DNA of 64,000 nt from assembly GCA_027028245.1 (NCBI GenBank), contig JALVJO010000050.1:22368-86367 (forward strand), read 5' to 3'. Shown here piece after piece: positions 40,450 to 51,662 of the stretch (position 1 is the stretch's first letter; each line of letters starts with the position of its first letter). This stretch comes from Deltaproteobacteria bacterium. GTDB lineage: Bacteria > Desulfobacterota > Dissulfuribacteria > Dissulfuribacterales > QOAL01. The notes under the pieces are model-generated. The model was not told where the DNA came from. It made no database searches and saw only the letters and a list, made by a program, of their open reading frames with translations. A program made the translations under genes and the position numbers.

Positions 40450-41160
40450 ATGATGGAAATAAAGAATCTTCTCAAAAGTTGTTTCCTTTTTAAGGGCCTT
40501 CCTGAAAAGGAACTGGAAGACTTGGAATCAATCGGCTCAGTCAAGCAGTTCAAGCCCAGGCAGACAATCTTTCTGGAAGGAGATCCGGCAGATGGCTTCC
40601 ATGTCATAATGGAGGGAAAGGTAAAAATATACAAGCTTTCCTCAGAAGGCCGGGAACAAATCCTCCATATTTTCGGACCCAAGGAGCCATTTGGAGAGGC
40701 AGCGGTCTTTGCCCAGGCCAGATTTCCAGCAAATGCCATGGCTACTGAGAAGACCATGACCTTTTTCATACAAAGGAACAAATTCGTCAACCTCTTGAAG
40801 GAGGATCCCTGGCTGGCCATGAATCTGCTGGCAGTTCTCTCCAAGCGGTTGATGTATTTTGCACGCATGATCGGCGACCTTTCCTTGAAAGAGGTGCCGG
40901 GACGCCTTGCCACCTATCTTCTTATCCTGAAGAGCAGACAGAAGCCGGCAGAAAATGCTTCAGTGGTACTGGACATATCAAAGACCCAGCTGGCAAGCCT
41001 CCTGGGAACCATACCGGAAACACTTTCAAGGATATTTTCCAAGATGCAAAAAGCCGGGATCATAGAGGTCAAAGGCCCTGAAATCAAGATATTGGATACT
41101 TCCGCCCTTGAAGAACTTTCCGGTACAATCTTTCATGACAAACCGCTCCATATAGAATAA
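40450..41160 (+). CDS. Crp/Fnr-family transcriptional regulator
   Basis: cNMP-binding fold (..IFLEGDPADGFHVIMEGKVKIYK..EGREQIL..) plus C-terminal HTH (..SKTQLASLLGTIPETLSRIFSKM..). No N-terminal Fnr Cys cluster. Confidence 0.85.
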   Translation: MMEIKNLLKSCFLFKGLPEKELEDLESIGSVKQFKPRQTIFLEGDPADGFHVIMEGKVKIYKLSSEGREQILHIFGPKEPFGEAAVFAQARFPANAMATEKTMTFFIQRNKFVNLLKEDPWLAMNLLAVLSKRLMYFARMIGDLSLKEVPGRLATYLLILKSRQKPAENASVVLDISKTQLASLLGTIPETLSRIFSKMQKAGIIEVKGPEIKILDTSALEELSGTIFHDKPLHIE

Positions 41161-41180
41161 AGAGCAAAAGACAGAAGAAA

Positions 41181-42188
41181 ATGAAGAAAAACACCCTTCT
41201 TATTCTGGCCAGTTTTTCCCTGTTATGCCTTGCTTCTCCACTTTTTGCCCAAAATGTCACCAAGAATACACCAGAGCGGCAAGAAACCTCAGGCAATTTT
41301 ACGATTATAGGCCCCTGCTTCCTGGAAAATTATGTAAAAAAACTCGAGTACCCCGTACCAAAAAGAAAAACAGAAAATATTCTTGTATTTATCACGGCTG
41401 ATCCTGCCGTTTCTTTCTCGATTTTCGAAAAATCCGGCGCAGATGTCGCCTTCGGCTTCAGTCCGCTTCCTGAGAAAAGATCTAGCCGGAAGATCGAACT
41501 TCTCAAGAACCCCTCTCACCCGGATATTCTTTCAATCCAGGTTGGGGCAGTAGCCGCACTGATCCTGACAAACGTTTCCAACCCCCTGAAGGGCCTTACC
41601 ATCGCCCAGATCGATGCCATTTTTTCACATGACAGGGCTTGCAGCTACCCATTTGAAATAACAAGATGGGGAGAACTCGGCCTTTCAGGGCCGTGGACAG
41701 CCCAGCCCATTCACCTGGTGGGCCTTACAAGTCAAAGCCTTATCTCAAGACTCATGAGAGAGACAGCCCTGTGCCGGGGACATTTCAAAAGAGGCCTTTT
41801 GAAACAGATTGACAGTGCCGACGTGCTAATGGAAATATCCAGGGATAAAAAGGCCATTGGATTCAGCGGAATCATTAGCACGGGGCAGAAGGCATATGCC
41901 CTGCCCATTGCACCCAGTGAAGGCGCCCGCTACTTTCTGCCCACGGATGAAAATATCCTGACAGGCGAATACCCCCTTTCAAGGGCTGTTTACATGTTCT
42001 TGAAAATGGAAACAAGCAAGACAATCCCTGACAGGCAGAAACAGTTTATCAAGGCAGTCCTGGCAAAAAAAGGGCAAGACATGCTGACTGGTTATGGCAT
42101 GGTGCCAGCCTATCCCAAGGGGATCAAAAAACCCGTAAAATACCTGGTAAAGGCCGTTTCTGATATAGAGAAAAACAACAGCAAGTAA
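41181..42188 (+). CDS. periplasmic PstS-like (PBP type 2) substrate-binding protein
   Basis: Signal peptide and overall PBP-like_2 pattern. No transporter partner genes adjacent. Confidence 0.5.
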   Translation: MKKNTLLILASFSLLCLASPLFAQNVTKNTPERQETSGNFTIIGPCFLENYVKKLEYPVPKRKTENILVFITADPAVSFSIFEKSGADVAFGFSPLPEKRSSRKIELLKNPSHPDILSIQVGAVAALILTNVSNPLKGLTIAQIDAIFSHDRACSYPFEITRWGELGLSGPWTAQPIHLVGLTSQSLISRLMRETALCRGHFKRGLLKQIDSADVLMEISRDKKAIGFSGIISTGQKAYALPIAPSEGARYFLPTDENILTGEYPLSRAVYMFLKMETSKTIPDRQKQFIKAVLAKKGQDMLTGYGMVPAYPKGIKKPVKYLVKAVSDIEKNNSK

Positions 42189-42206
42189 CCCTACAGGACT
42201 AACCCA

Positions 42207-43103
42207 TCAGGCCATTACTATCTCTGTTCCCACACCTGCATCTGTAAAAAGTTCCAGAAGGATGGCATGTTCCCTTCGGCCATCAATAATATGTGCCTTC
42301 CTGCTCCCCTTTTTCAGGGCCTTCAGACATGCCTTGAGCTTGGGTATCATGCCTCCTGAGACAACTCCCTGGGAAATTGCATTTTCTACCTCGCGGAAAC
42401 TCATAGAATGAATCAACCTCTGGGGAGAATCCTCCCCGCCCGGCCCAAGAACCCCGGGCACATCTGTAAGAAGGATAAGTTTTTCCGCCCTGAGCTTTCC
42501 GGCAACTGCCCCTGCCACCAGGTCAGCATTTATGTTGTAGGCGTGACCATCAGGACCAACTCCCACCGGGGCTATCACAGGCACAAAGCCCTGGGATTCC
42601 AGTGCGGTAAGGACCCCGGGGTTGACATCGTGCACCTTTCCCACCCTGCCGATATCTATAATCTCAGGGGGCCTTTCATCGCCGGTATACTTGTATATCT
42701 TCATGCGCTCTGCCCTGATAAGGTCCCCGTCCCTGCCTGAAAGGCCGACAGCACGGCCGCCAAGACGGTTTATGAGCCCGACTATCTCCTTATTGACGGT
42801 ACCCACCAGCACCATTTCAACTACGCTCATGGTCTCTTCATCTGTCACCCGCTGTCCCTGGACAAAGGTAGACTCGATCCCCATGCGCTTCATTATACGG
42901 CTTATCTGGGGCCCCCCTCCATGTACGATCACCGGGTTTATCCCCACGTATTTCATAAGTATAATGTCCAGGGCGAACTGTTTCTTGAGATGGCTGTCCA
43001 CCATGGCATGACCACCGTACTTTATGACTATGGTCTTGCCGTAGAACTTCTTTATATAGGGAAGGGCCTCAATGAGAACCTGTGCTGTAGAAGTTGCTGA
43101 CAT
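42207..43103 (-). CDS. argB: acetylglutamate kinase
   Basis: ..[10 protein letters not shown].., ..[11 protein letters not shown].., ..NINADLVAG.. Confidence 0.95.
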   Translation of the reverse strand: MSATSTAQVLIEALPYIKKFYGKTIVIKYGGHAMVDSHLKKQFALDIILMKYVGINPVIVHGGGPQISRIMKRMGIESTFVQGQRVTDEETMSVVEMVLVGTVNKEIVGLINRLGGRAVGLSGRDGDLIRAERMKIYKYTGDERPPEIIDIGRVGKVHDVNPGVLTALESQGFVPVIAPVGVGPDGHAYNINADLVAGAVAGKLRAEKLILLTDVPGVLGPGGEDSPQRLIHSMSFREVENAISQGVVSGGMIPKLKACLKALKKGSRKAHIIDGRREHAILLELFTDAGVGTEIVMA

Positions 43104-43112
43104 GTATTTCTC

Positions 43113-44477
43113 CTAAAGGATGAATCTGCTCAGATCCTGGTCTTCCAGGATATCGGTAAGTTTTTCCCGTACGTAATCAGGAGTGATCCTTATGGTCTGA
43201 GGCCCCACGTCCGGAGCCTCGAAGGAAATTTCCTCAAGTAGTCTTTCCATGACGGTATGAAGCCTCCTGGCTCCTATGTTTTCCGTACGCGAATTTACTT
43301 CAAACGCAATACCGGCAATTTCCTCGATGGCATCCTTTTCAAATACCAGCTCTATTTCCTCGGTCTCCATAAGTGCCTTGTACTGGGTGACCAGGGCATT
43401 TTCAGGCTCTGTGAGTATCCTGGCAAAATCCTCCCGGGTCAGGGAATCCAGCTCAACCCTGATTGGGAAACGCCCCTGAAGCTCTGGCAAAAGGTCAGAG
43501 GGCTTTGCCACATGAAATGCACCGCTTGCCATGAACAGGATATGATCCGTCCTGACGATACCATACTTGGTATGAACGCTGGTGCCTTCAACAATGGGCA
43601 GAAGATCCCGCTGCACCCCTTCCCGGGACACATCCGGACCTCCCTTTCCTGCACCTGCCCCTGCGGCTATCTTATCTATCTCGTCAAGGAAGATGATGCC
43701 TGACTGTTCCACCCTGGCAACGGCCTTTTCCACTACCTTATCCATGTCGATGAGGCGTCCTGCAGCCTCCTGTTCCAGGATCTTTCTGGCCTCCTTAACA
43801 GTAACACGCCTGCGCTTTTTCTTCTTTGGAAACACGTTTGAGAGCATTTCCTGGAGGTTAGACTGCATTTCTTCCATCCCCGCTGCTGCAAAGATTTCCA
43901 CCATTGGGGCAGCAGGCTTCTGAGAAATCTCAAGTTCCACAAATCTTTCATCCAGTTTGCCCTCGCGGAGCATCTGCCTGAAACGCTCTCTTGTGTCGCT
44001 GGGACCAGAAGGGGCCTCTTCTGGAGAGCCAGCCGGCCTGGGCGGAATCAGCAGGTCAAGAAGCCGTTCCTCTGCCTGGAACCTGGCCTTTTCCTCAACC
44101 TTTTCCTTTTCCTCTGCCTTGACCATGTCCACGGCAAGATGTGTCAGGTCTCTAATCATGGATTCCACGTCCCTGCCCACATAGCCCACTTCCGTGAACT
44201 TACTTGCCTCAATCTTCAAAAAAGGGGATCTTGCAAGTCTGGCCAGACGCCTGGCGATTTCGGTCTTGCCCACGCCGGTAGGGCCTATCATTATGATATT
44301 CTTTGGAGCTATCTCGTCCCGCAGTTCCTCTGGTACCTGCTGCCTGCGCCAGCGATTCCTAAGTGCAATGGCAACGGATCTCTTGGCCTTGTCCTGGCCG
44401 ATAATATATTTGTCAAGCTCGGCAACAATCTGCCTTGGGGTAAGCGGTTGAAATTCATCAGAAGTCAATGCCTTCAT
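43113..44477 (-). CDS. hslU: ATP-dependent protease ATPase subunit HslU
   Basis: ..[34 protein letters not shown].., Walker [16 protein letters not shown]. Confidence 0.95.
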   Translation of the reverse strand: MKALTSDEFQPLTPRQIVAELDKYIIGQDKAKRSVAIALRNRWRRQQVPEELRDEIAPKNIIMIGPTGVGKTEIARRLARLARSPFLKIEASKFTEVGYVGRDVESMIRDLTHLAVDMVKAEEKEKVEEKARFQAEERLLDLLIPPRPAGSPEEAPSGPSDTRERFRQMLREGKLDERFVELEISQKPAAPMVEIFAAAGMEEMQSNLQEMLSNVFPKKKKRRRVTVKEARKILEQEAAGRLIDMDKVVEKAVARVEQSGIIFLDEIDKIAAGAGAGKGGPDVSREGVQRDLLPIVEGTSVHTKYGIVRTDHILFMASGAFHVAKPSDLLPELQGRFPIRVELDSLTREDFARILTEPENALVTQYKALMETEEIELVFEKDAIEEIAGIAFEVNSRTENIGARRLHTVMERLLEEISFEAPDVGPQTIRITPDYVREKLTDILEDQDLSRFIL

Positions 44478-45022
44478 TGCGACTTGTCCTCTATTTCTTC
44501 AAATATGAATGAATGGTTGGTGTAGATACATATGTCAGCGGCAATCCCAAGGGCGGATTCCGCTATCTGTCTTGCCGAAAGGCCGCTGTGGGCAACAAGG
44601 GCCCTGGCCGCAGAAAGGGCATAGGGGCCGCCTGAACCTATGGCAATGATGCCGTCATCAGGCTCTATAACGTCCCCTGAACCTGAGATAAGAAGTGTAT
44701 GACTGCTGTCTGCCGCTATGAGCATTGCCTCCAGACGCCTTAGAAGCTTGTCCGTTCGCCAATCCTTGGCAAGCTCCACAGCAGCCCTGAGGAGGTTTCC
44801 GCCATATGCCTCTATCTTGGCGTCCAGCCTTTCAAAAAGGGTAAAGGCATCGGCTGTTGCACCAGCAAATCCTGATATGACCTTCCCGTTGAAAAGCCTT
44901 CTTACCTTCTTGGCCTTCTGCTTTACAACCGTATTGCCAAGGGTGACCTGTCCGTCTCCGGCAATGACCACCCGGCCGCCGTGCCTTATGGCAATGACGG
45001 TAGTTCCTTTAAATGATTCCAT
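44474..45022 (-). CDS. hslV: ATP-dependent protease subunit HslV
   Basis: ..[22 protein letters not shown].. (N-terminal Thr protease). The stop overlaps the hslU start. Confidence 0.95.
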   Translation of the reverse strand: MESFKGTTVIAIRHGGRVVIAGDGQVTLGNTVVKQKAKKVRRLFNGKVISGFAGATADAFTLFERLDAKIEAYGGNLLRAAVELAKDWRTDKLLRRLEAMLIAADSSHTLLISGSGDVIEPDDGIIAIGSGGPYALSAARALVAHSGLSARQIAESALGIAADICIYTNHSFIFEEIEDKSQ

Positions 45023-45177
45023 AACATGCCTCTATCGCTATTTTAGGATTAAAATCGGTTCCAGCATTAAAATAGTAATAACTGCAAGATGATTATACAA
45101 ATGTTCATTTCTTTTGACGGCGCAAAAAATGAACAACGATATTGCTTGAGAAAAGCCCGAATGAACAGTGATCGGGT

Positions 45178-45206
45178 CAACAAGAAGGGCCGGAAAATCC
45201 GGCCCT
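45178..45206 (-). terminator. rho-independent terminator closing the Wood-Ljungdahl operon
   Basis: Minus strand reads gggccgg-atttt-ccggccc followed by ttcttgtt, 35 nt after the fdhA stop. Confidence 0.55.
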
Positions 45207-45239
45207 GCTGCCTGCAAGGTTATTGTTACTGCCTGCCGG

Positions 45240-48200
45240 TCAAGTCACAATTCTGACTGCACAGACCTTATATTCCGGTGTCAGCGTCTTGTTGTCCATT
45301 CCGGGACTTGTAAGGAGATTTGTGAGATCCTTCTGGAAATGAAAGGTCATGAACACGGTGCCGGGCTTGCTCCTTTGGGTGACCCTGGCAACTGCCCTGA
45401 TACTGCCCCTCCTGGACTTCACCTTGACTTTCTGGCCATCCTTTATGCCAAGGGCCGCAGCATCTTCCGGGTTGATCTCCAATAGCTCGTGGGGCGCTAT
45501 GAGCTCGAACCCCTGGCATCTCCTGGTCATTGAGCCGTTGTTGTAATGCTCGAGCCGCCTGCCTGTAACCAGGACCAGGGGATAATCCTTGTCTGCCTCT
45601 TCTTCAGGGACAATATAGGATACAGGCACGAAAGAGGCCTTGCCCCTGGGAAACTTCTCGGTGTGAAGCAAAGGAGTACCAGGATGCCCCTTGGACGGAC
45701 AAGGCCAGACCTGGCCTGTGTCGCCGATTCCCCCGTAGGATATACCGCCGTAGGAAGGGGTCATCTTCTGGATTTCAGTCATGACCTGCTCGGGGCTGGT
45801 ATATATCATGGGGTAACCCATGGCCTGGGAAATAAGACATATTATTTCCCAGTCTGCCTTTAGACGCCGCTTGGGGTTTATGACCTTGTTGACCTTCCGG
45901 ACCCGGCGCTCGCCGCTGGTAAAGGTTCCTTCCTTTTCATAGAAGCAGGTAGAAGGCAGAACCACATGGGCAAGTTTTGCGGTCTCGGTCAGGAACATGT
46001 CCTGCACGACCACAAAATCCATGGCCCTGTATGCATCTCTTATCCTGCCGATATCTGACTGTGTGTGGGCGGGATCGTACCCGACGCAGTAAAGGGCCTT
46101 GAAATCTCCCTTAAGGGCTGCATCATACATCTGGGGCTCCATGAGCCCCCTCCCGCCTGGCAGGTTCGACACCCCCCATGCCCTTGCAAACCTTTCCAGG
46201 GCCTCGGGATCATCCGTTGACTGGTAACCGGGCAATATATACGGGAGGGTGCCCATGTCGCAAGCGCCCTGCACGTTGTTTTGCCCCCGCAGGGGATTTA
46301 TGCCGTTATGGGGCCTTCCCACGTGCCCGGTGGCAAGCACAAGGTTTGCCAGGGCGATGACGCCGGAAGTGCCTCCCTTATGCTCCGTAACGCCGAGACC
46401 GTAGAGGACCAGAGAATTTTCAGAAGACGCATAAAGCCTTGCGGCCTCCCTGATAAGTTCAGGGGGCACATCCGTAAGCTGGGCCATCCTCTCAGGGGAA
46501 TAGTCTGCACACTGCTCCTTCAGTTCATCAAAGTTTTCCGTGCGTTCCTGGATGAATTTTTCATCCGTCAACCCTTCCTCAATGATGGTATGGAGCATGG
46601 CGTTCAGGAGCGGGATGTTGCTGCCTGGACGGATTCTTAGCCAGATCCCGCCATCCTGCTCCTCTGCAATTGCCGCAAGGTCCGTCCTTCTGGGATCAAT
46701 GACAACGAGCCTTGCCCCCCTTCTCACCGCCTCCTTTATCTTAAGGCCGATTATGGGATGTGCTTCAGTGGTATTGGCTCCGCAAATCAGAAGGCAGTCC
46801 GCACCGATAATCTGTTCAAAAGAGGTTGTTGCTGCTCCGCTTCCAAGTGTTGCCAGCAGACCGCTGACCGAGGGAGCGTGTCAGACCCGGGCACAGTTAT
46901 CAACATTGTTGGTACCCCAGGCTGCCCGTGCAAGCTTCTGGAGCAGGTAGTTCTCCTCGTTGGTACATCGTGCAGATGACAGCACTCCCATGCTGTCCGG
47001 ACCGTATTTTTCCTTTATCCTGGTAAATCTTTCAGCGGTAACCCGCAGGGCGTCATTCCACCCCACCTCCCTGAAGGGTTCATCCAGGCTGTCTCTGACC
47101 AGGGGGAGGTAAAGTCTTTCAGGGTGCCTGTAAAAGGTATAGCCGAAACGTCCCTTTACGCAGAGCTGACCGTAATTCGGCGGAGAATCCATGTCTGCCT
47201 TTACCTCCAGGATTGCCCCGTACATGGAGACCACATCCAGGCTGCAGCCTGTACCGCAATAGGTACACACGGTCTTTACTGTTGAAAGCTGGGCCGGGAG
47301 AAGCGGCACCACGCTGTCCTGCTTGGAAAGGGTACCAGTCGGGCAGGCATCCACACAGGCCCCGCAAGAGACGCAATTGTCCTTTATCTTAATGGAAACA
47401 TCTGTCAGCAGCCTGGTCTTTGGATCCAGAGTGAAATCCAGTTCGAAGGCATCGTACTTGCAGCTCCTGATGCATCTGGTGCATCCAATGCACTTGTTGG
47501 CATCAACAACTATGAAGGGATGGGAACGATCCAGGGGATACTTGAGCCTGGTCCTTGCCTTGTTGGCCTTGACCCTGTAGTCAACACAGTATTCACGGTA
47601 GGTGCACTTGGAAAGGCCGAGGCAGCCGCACTGGAGACAGCGGTTTGCTTCCCTGACCGCCATCTCCTCGGAAAACCCGAGCTGGACCTCGCCGAAGTCC
47701 CCGGTCCTGCGTTCCGGGGGCCTAGCAGGCATGACCTCGTTCAGCTGCAGGTCATAACCCTCAAAGTTGTGCATGTCCACATCTTCAAATCTCTTTCCCT
47801 TTGTGAAATTGAACCGGGGTTCCAGCACGCCGGGTTTTTCCTTTGTGAGGTACTCGTGGATGGACTCTGCTGCCCTCCTGCCGCCTGCCACTGCCTGTAT
47901 CACTGTCCTGGAGCCAGTAGCCGCATCCCCCCCGGCATAGATACCCTCCACGCTTGTCTTCATGGTGCTGGGATGTGCCTTTATGGTCTTTCTGGGGGTC
48001 AGGACGATAGAGGCCTCGAGTTCCCCGTAACTCTGGAATGTAGGATCTCCCTCCTGGCCAAGGGCGGAAATTACGGTATCTCCTGTCCAGGTTAGACGTG
48101 AGCCCGGCATGGGAATTGGATGCCTTATGCCCCTTTCATCCGGCTCGTCCAGGATGGTACGGGCCATCTCCACCTTGATCTGCCCGTCCTCTTTGATGAT

Positions 48201-49355
48201 CCTTAGAGGAGTTGCCATGAGAAAGAACTGAACGCCTTCCTTTTCCGCCTCTTCTATTTCCCTCTGGTGGGCAGGAAGCTCTACCCTGGACCTTGGATAT
48301 ATAACAGTTACATTCTTTGCCCCAAGGCGCCTTGCACTCCTGGCAGAATCTACTGCTATGTCCCCGCCGCCGACTATGAGAACCTGTTCTCCTATGGCAG
48401 GCCTGTCCCCGAGATTTATCCTTTTCAAAAAACCCAGGCCGCAGATGGCATGGCTTGCGCCTTCAATTTCCAGCTGTTTCTGCCTGGAAAGGCCAGTTGC
48501 TATGAACACGGCATCGAATCCCTGGTCCTTGAGATCCTGGAGGGTAAAATCTGTTCCCCATCTCTTCCCGAGCCTGGCGTGGACACCCAGGTTCAAAATA
48601 CCCTGCACCTCCCGGTCCACCTCCCTGTTGGGAAGCTTGTACCCCGGAATACCGTATCTCATGAGTCCGCCCAGCTTTTCCTCGGCCTCGAAAATGGTAA
48701 CCTGATGGCCTTGTTTCCGGAGAAAATAGGCACAGGAAAGCCCTGCCGGCCCGCCTCCTATGATTGCCACCTTCCTGCCCGTGGGTCTTCCCACCTCTGT
48801 ATCGCGAAAATGCGAATCTCTTGCATAATCTGCCACAAATCTCTTGAGGTGATTGATGGCAATAGGCTCATCCAGGAGTATGCGCCTGCACCTTGTTTCG
48901 CAGAATCTGGGGCATACGCGGCCCACTGCTATAGGGAGGGGATTCTTTTCCTTGATGAGCATGAGGGCGGCAAGATATTCACCCTTGGCAATCAGGTTCA
49001 CATAACCCTGTACGTTAATTCCCCCGGGGCAGGTAAGGTTGCAGGGGGCGCGGCAGTCTCCGTAATGGCTTTCCGCCAAGGTCTCCAGGCGTTCCTTCCT
49101 GAAGGCGTCGAGTTCACGGTTGTGGACCTCTATGACCTGACCATCTTCTGCAGGGGTTGAGCATGCCCTTACCCTTCCCTTTCCCTCGATCTCCACCATG
49201 CACAGAAGGCAGGGGTTGGAAGAATCCTCTTCACCCTTGATATGACATATCTTAGGGATCTTTATGCCTGCTGCCTCTGCCGCCTGGAGGATGGTCTGGC
49301 CTGCTTGGGCTTTAACCTCGTCGCCGTCTATGGTTATGTGAATAAATTCAGCCAT
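45240..49355 (-). CDS. fdhA: selenocysteine-containing formate dehydrogenase alpha subunit fused to an N-terminal 2Fe-2S domain and a GltD-like NAD(P)H/FAD module (one ~1371-codon gene with in-frame TGA at 46881-46883)
   Basis: ORFs 46881-49355 and 45240-46727 are in the same frame. Readthrough gives ..NNVDNCARV-U-HAPSVSGLLATLGSGAATTSFEQ.., the FdhH-type active-site context. Further motifs: KVAIIGGGPAGLSCAYFL, CIGCTRC/CVSCGAC ferredoxin, and CTYCGTGC MoCo 4Fe-4S. Confidence 0.85.
46852..46883 (-). promoter_or_regulatory. UGA(Sec) codon plus candidate bacterial SECIS hairpin of fdhA
   Basis: UGA, 12 nt, then stem GUCAGC/GCUGGC with loop GGUCU (46852-46868). Closely resembles the E. coli fdhF SECIS apex as I recall it. 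Confidence 0.55.
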
Positions 49356-49363
49356 GGCACCTC

Positions 49364-50254
49364 TTAAAGTTCCAGCCAGGATTCGGAAAAGATGGTCTTG
49401 CCCATGAGTACCCTGGTGGTCTTGTAGTACTCGAGTTCCTTGTCTGAAAGCGTGCTTGGATCCGGGTCATTGTCATCCATGATATCATGAACCAGCTTGA
49501 GAAGCTCCGGCCTTTCCCCGTGGGCAAGTTCTATCAGCTCGTGATCGTAGGTATCCACGATGGCAGACCATACACCATGCTTCATGAGCATGGCAAGAAA
49601 TGCCCTGTTGAGGTAGGGCCTGAGCTTTGCATCCACTCCGTTTGAGACATTGGAAAGGCCTACAGTGCTCTTGGCACCGGGGGCAATGTCCGGCAGCATG
49701 GCCATAAATTCCAGCCCGCTCATGACCTGGTCAGACCCCAGTGTGATAGGAGTGGCAATCGGGTCAACAAGTATCTTTTCATTGGGTATGCCGGCCTCAT
49801 TCATGGCCATGAGAAGGTCAATGGTCATTGCCGCCCTCTCGTTAGAATCTCTTGGCATTCCATCAACGCCCCACAGAAGACCAACCACGTAGCATCCCGC
49901 TTCTGCAGCCACCGGGATGAGTTTTTTCATCCTTTCCGGCTGGAGGGATATGGAGTTCATGATATGACGCTCCGGGTGCTCGGCGGCCTTCATACCTGCT
50001 ATGAGGGCATCTGCATTGGTGGTATCAAGGGAGAGGGGACAGTCTGTCACTTCCTCAACCACCCTGACGATCCACGGCATGAGGTCCGGGCCGTCCTTCC
50101 TGGCAGGGCCTATGTTCAGATCCAGGAAATCCCCGCCGTCTGCCACTTCCTCGTGGGCCATTTCCACTATGGGGCCGGGATCCCGGGCCCTCATGGCACT
50201 GCCTGTACGGTTTCCCATTATGTTTATGCTTTCAGCTATACATTGGACATACAT
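49364..50254 (-). CDS. acsE: methyltetrahydrofolate:corrinoid/iron-sulfur protein methyltransferase
   Basis: Pterin-binding barrel: ..IAESINIMG..ADGGDFLDLNIGP..PLSLDTTN..MNSISL... Placed next to acsC. Confidence 0.85.
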   Translation of the reverse strand: MYVQCIAESINIMGNRTGSAMRARDPGPIVEMAHEEVADGGDFLDLNIGPARKDGPDLMPWIVRVVEEVTDCPLSLDTTNADALIAGMKAAEHPERHIMNSISLQPERMKKLIPVAAEAGCYVVGLLWGVDGMPRDSNERAAMTIDLLMAMNEAGIPNEKILVDPIATPITLGSDQVMSGLEFMAMLPDIAPGAKSTVGLSNVSNGVDAKLRPYLNRAFLAMLMKHGVWSAIVDTYDHELIELAHGERPELLKLVHDIMDDNDPDPSTLSDKELEYYKTTRVLMGKTIFSESWLEL

Positions 50255-50290
50255 AGCAATTTCCTCGCTTTGTTTCCGGTCTTCCCGGGC

Positions 50291-51646
50291 CTATTCTTCC
50301 GGCTTCCATTTCTTGAGATACGGGGGCAGGTGGCTTGCCTCCCTGGGGCCTATCTGTATCTTCCAGTCGGGAAGTTCCTCTTCCAGCTCGCCCTTGATGG
50401 ATGCAAGGTAGCCCGGGATGATGAGACTCCTGTGCTTGACCTTGTCTTCTATGCCGCTCTTTTTAACAAACTGGGCAATGAGGTCTGCACTGAACTTGCC
50501 GGCAGCCCATGCAGTGAGCACTGACAGGCCCTCGGTATCCTTGATGAGCAGCCAGGAAGGCACCTTGCTTCCCTCTATTTCCCCGGACACTATAAAATAG
50601 GTGAGGGAGAAGTTACATGTCACAAGCACAGGCGAGTTCTCATCCGGGCCGTTGATGGGATAGATATCTTCCTGCACCACCATGGGCCTCTGGGGATCGG
50701 TAAATATATTGAGCCTTTCCAGCAGCAATGGGAACAGGGTGTCTCCCTGCAGATCCGAAAGCACTACAATACCTGCATACTTTGCAACAAGAATGGAGGC
50801 AATGACCGTTTCCATGAACGGGTCATCTGTCATCTCGCACGGGAAGGTTATGGTGGGGAAACCAAGGGGCTTATACTTGTGCTTCACCGAGGCCCTGCGA
50901 CACACGATCTGGTCCTCGAAAACGCTTTTCATGGCGCGTGAGCCAGTGTCCAGTACCAGGTCCTTCAGGCCGTCGGCCTGGAGTTTCTCCGAGATCTTGG
51001 CCGTCTCGCCTATGTTCTCTCCCTTTACGGCCAGGGGGCATCCCGCATCCTTTGCCACCTCCTTCACACCATCTGCATTTGAAGCAGTTGCAGCATACAG
51101 AAGGGGTACATGTTCCCCGCAGGCCTGGGCCCCTGCCTTGAGGACATCCGGGCTTTCGCTCATGAGGATGAGGGCAGCATCCGGACACCTTGAGCGTACC
51201 TTTTCCACAAGGGCGGTAAAGGCGGCCGAGTCACCAGAGGCATCCTTTACGGCAAAGAGGTCTGCCTTCAGCTCCACTCCCACCCGGTCGTATCTAAGGG
51301 CCAGAAACCTGTCCAGCCTGCCGTCCACATCTCCTTCTCCCATGTCGGTACTGACCAGGACGGCTATGCCGGTTGGATGCTCAAACCGCTTCTCATGCCT
51401 GTAAAGGCATGTTTCTCCCCCGAATGAAAACTTGTCATCACCGCTTCCAAGGGTAATGGTCCGGATGGGAGGTGCACTGGCCTCGCTGACCTTTTCCTTG
51501 ACCTCGTCCGAAACATAGGGACAATCACCTATATCAGCCTGGCCGGCCGCCACCTTCATGGCAAATGCCAGGCAGGTAGGTACGTTGCACTCCCCGCAAT
51601 TCTTCTTGGGGAGCATTTTCAGGATCTCTATTCCTGTAAGCGCCAT
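50291..51646 (-). CDS. acsC: corrinoid iron-sulfur protein large subunit (AcsC / CdhE-like)
   Basis: N-terminal 4Fe-4S motif ..KKNCGECNVPTCLAFAMKVA..DCPY.. plus TIM-barrel and B12-binding regions. Confidence 0.9.
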   Translation of the reverse strand: MALTGIEILKMLPKKNCGECNVPTCLAFAMKVAAGQADIGDCPYVSDEVKEKVSEASAPPIRTITLGSGDDKFSFGGETCLYRHEKRFEHPTGIAVLVSTDMGEGDVDGRLDRFLALRYDRVGVELKADLFAVKDASGDSAAFTALVEKVRSRCPDAALILMSESPDVLKAGAQACGEHVPLLYAATASNADGVKEVAKDAGCPLAVKGENIGETAKISEKLQADGLKDLVLDTGSRAMKSVFEDQIVCRRASVKHKYKPLGFPTITFPCEMTDDPFMETVIASILVAKYAGIVVLSDLQGDTLFPLLLERLNIFTDPQRPMVVQEDIYPINGPDENSPVLVTCNFSLTYFIVSGEIEGSKVPSWLLIKDTEGLSVLTAWAAGKFSADLIAQFVKKSGIEDKVKHRSLIIPGYLASIKGELEEELPDWKIQIGPREASHLPPYLKKWKPEE

Positions 51647-51662
51647 GATACCTTAGCTCCTC

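Noticed and set aside
46728-46880. The apparent 153-nt gap between two FDH-like ORFs could be read as a pseudogene or frameshift.
   Set aside because: Both pieces are in the same frame and are separated by a single TGA inside the conserved CARV-U-H active-site context. A SECIS-like hairpin follows. The gap region translates as bona fide FdhA sequence (HAPSVSGLLATLGSGAATTSFEQIIGADCLLICGANTTEAHPIIG..).
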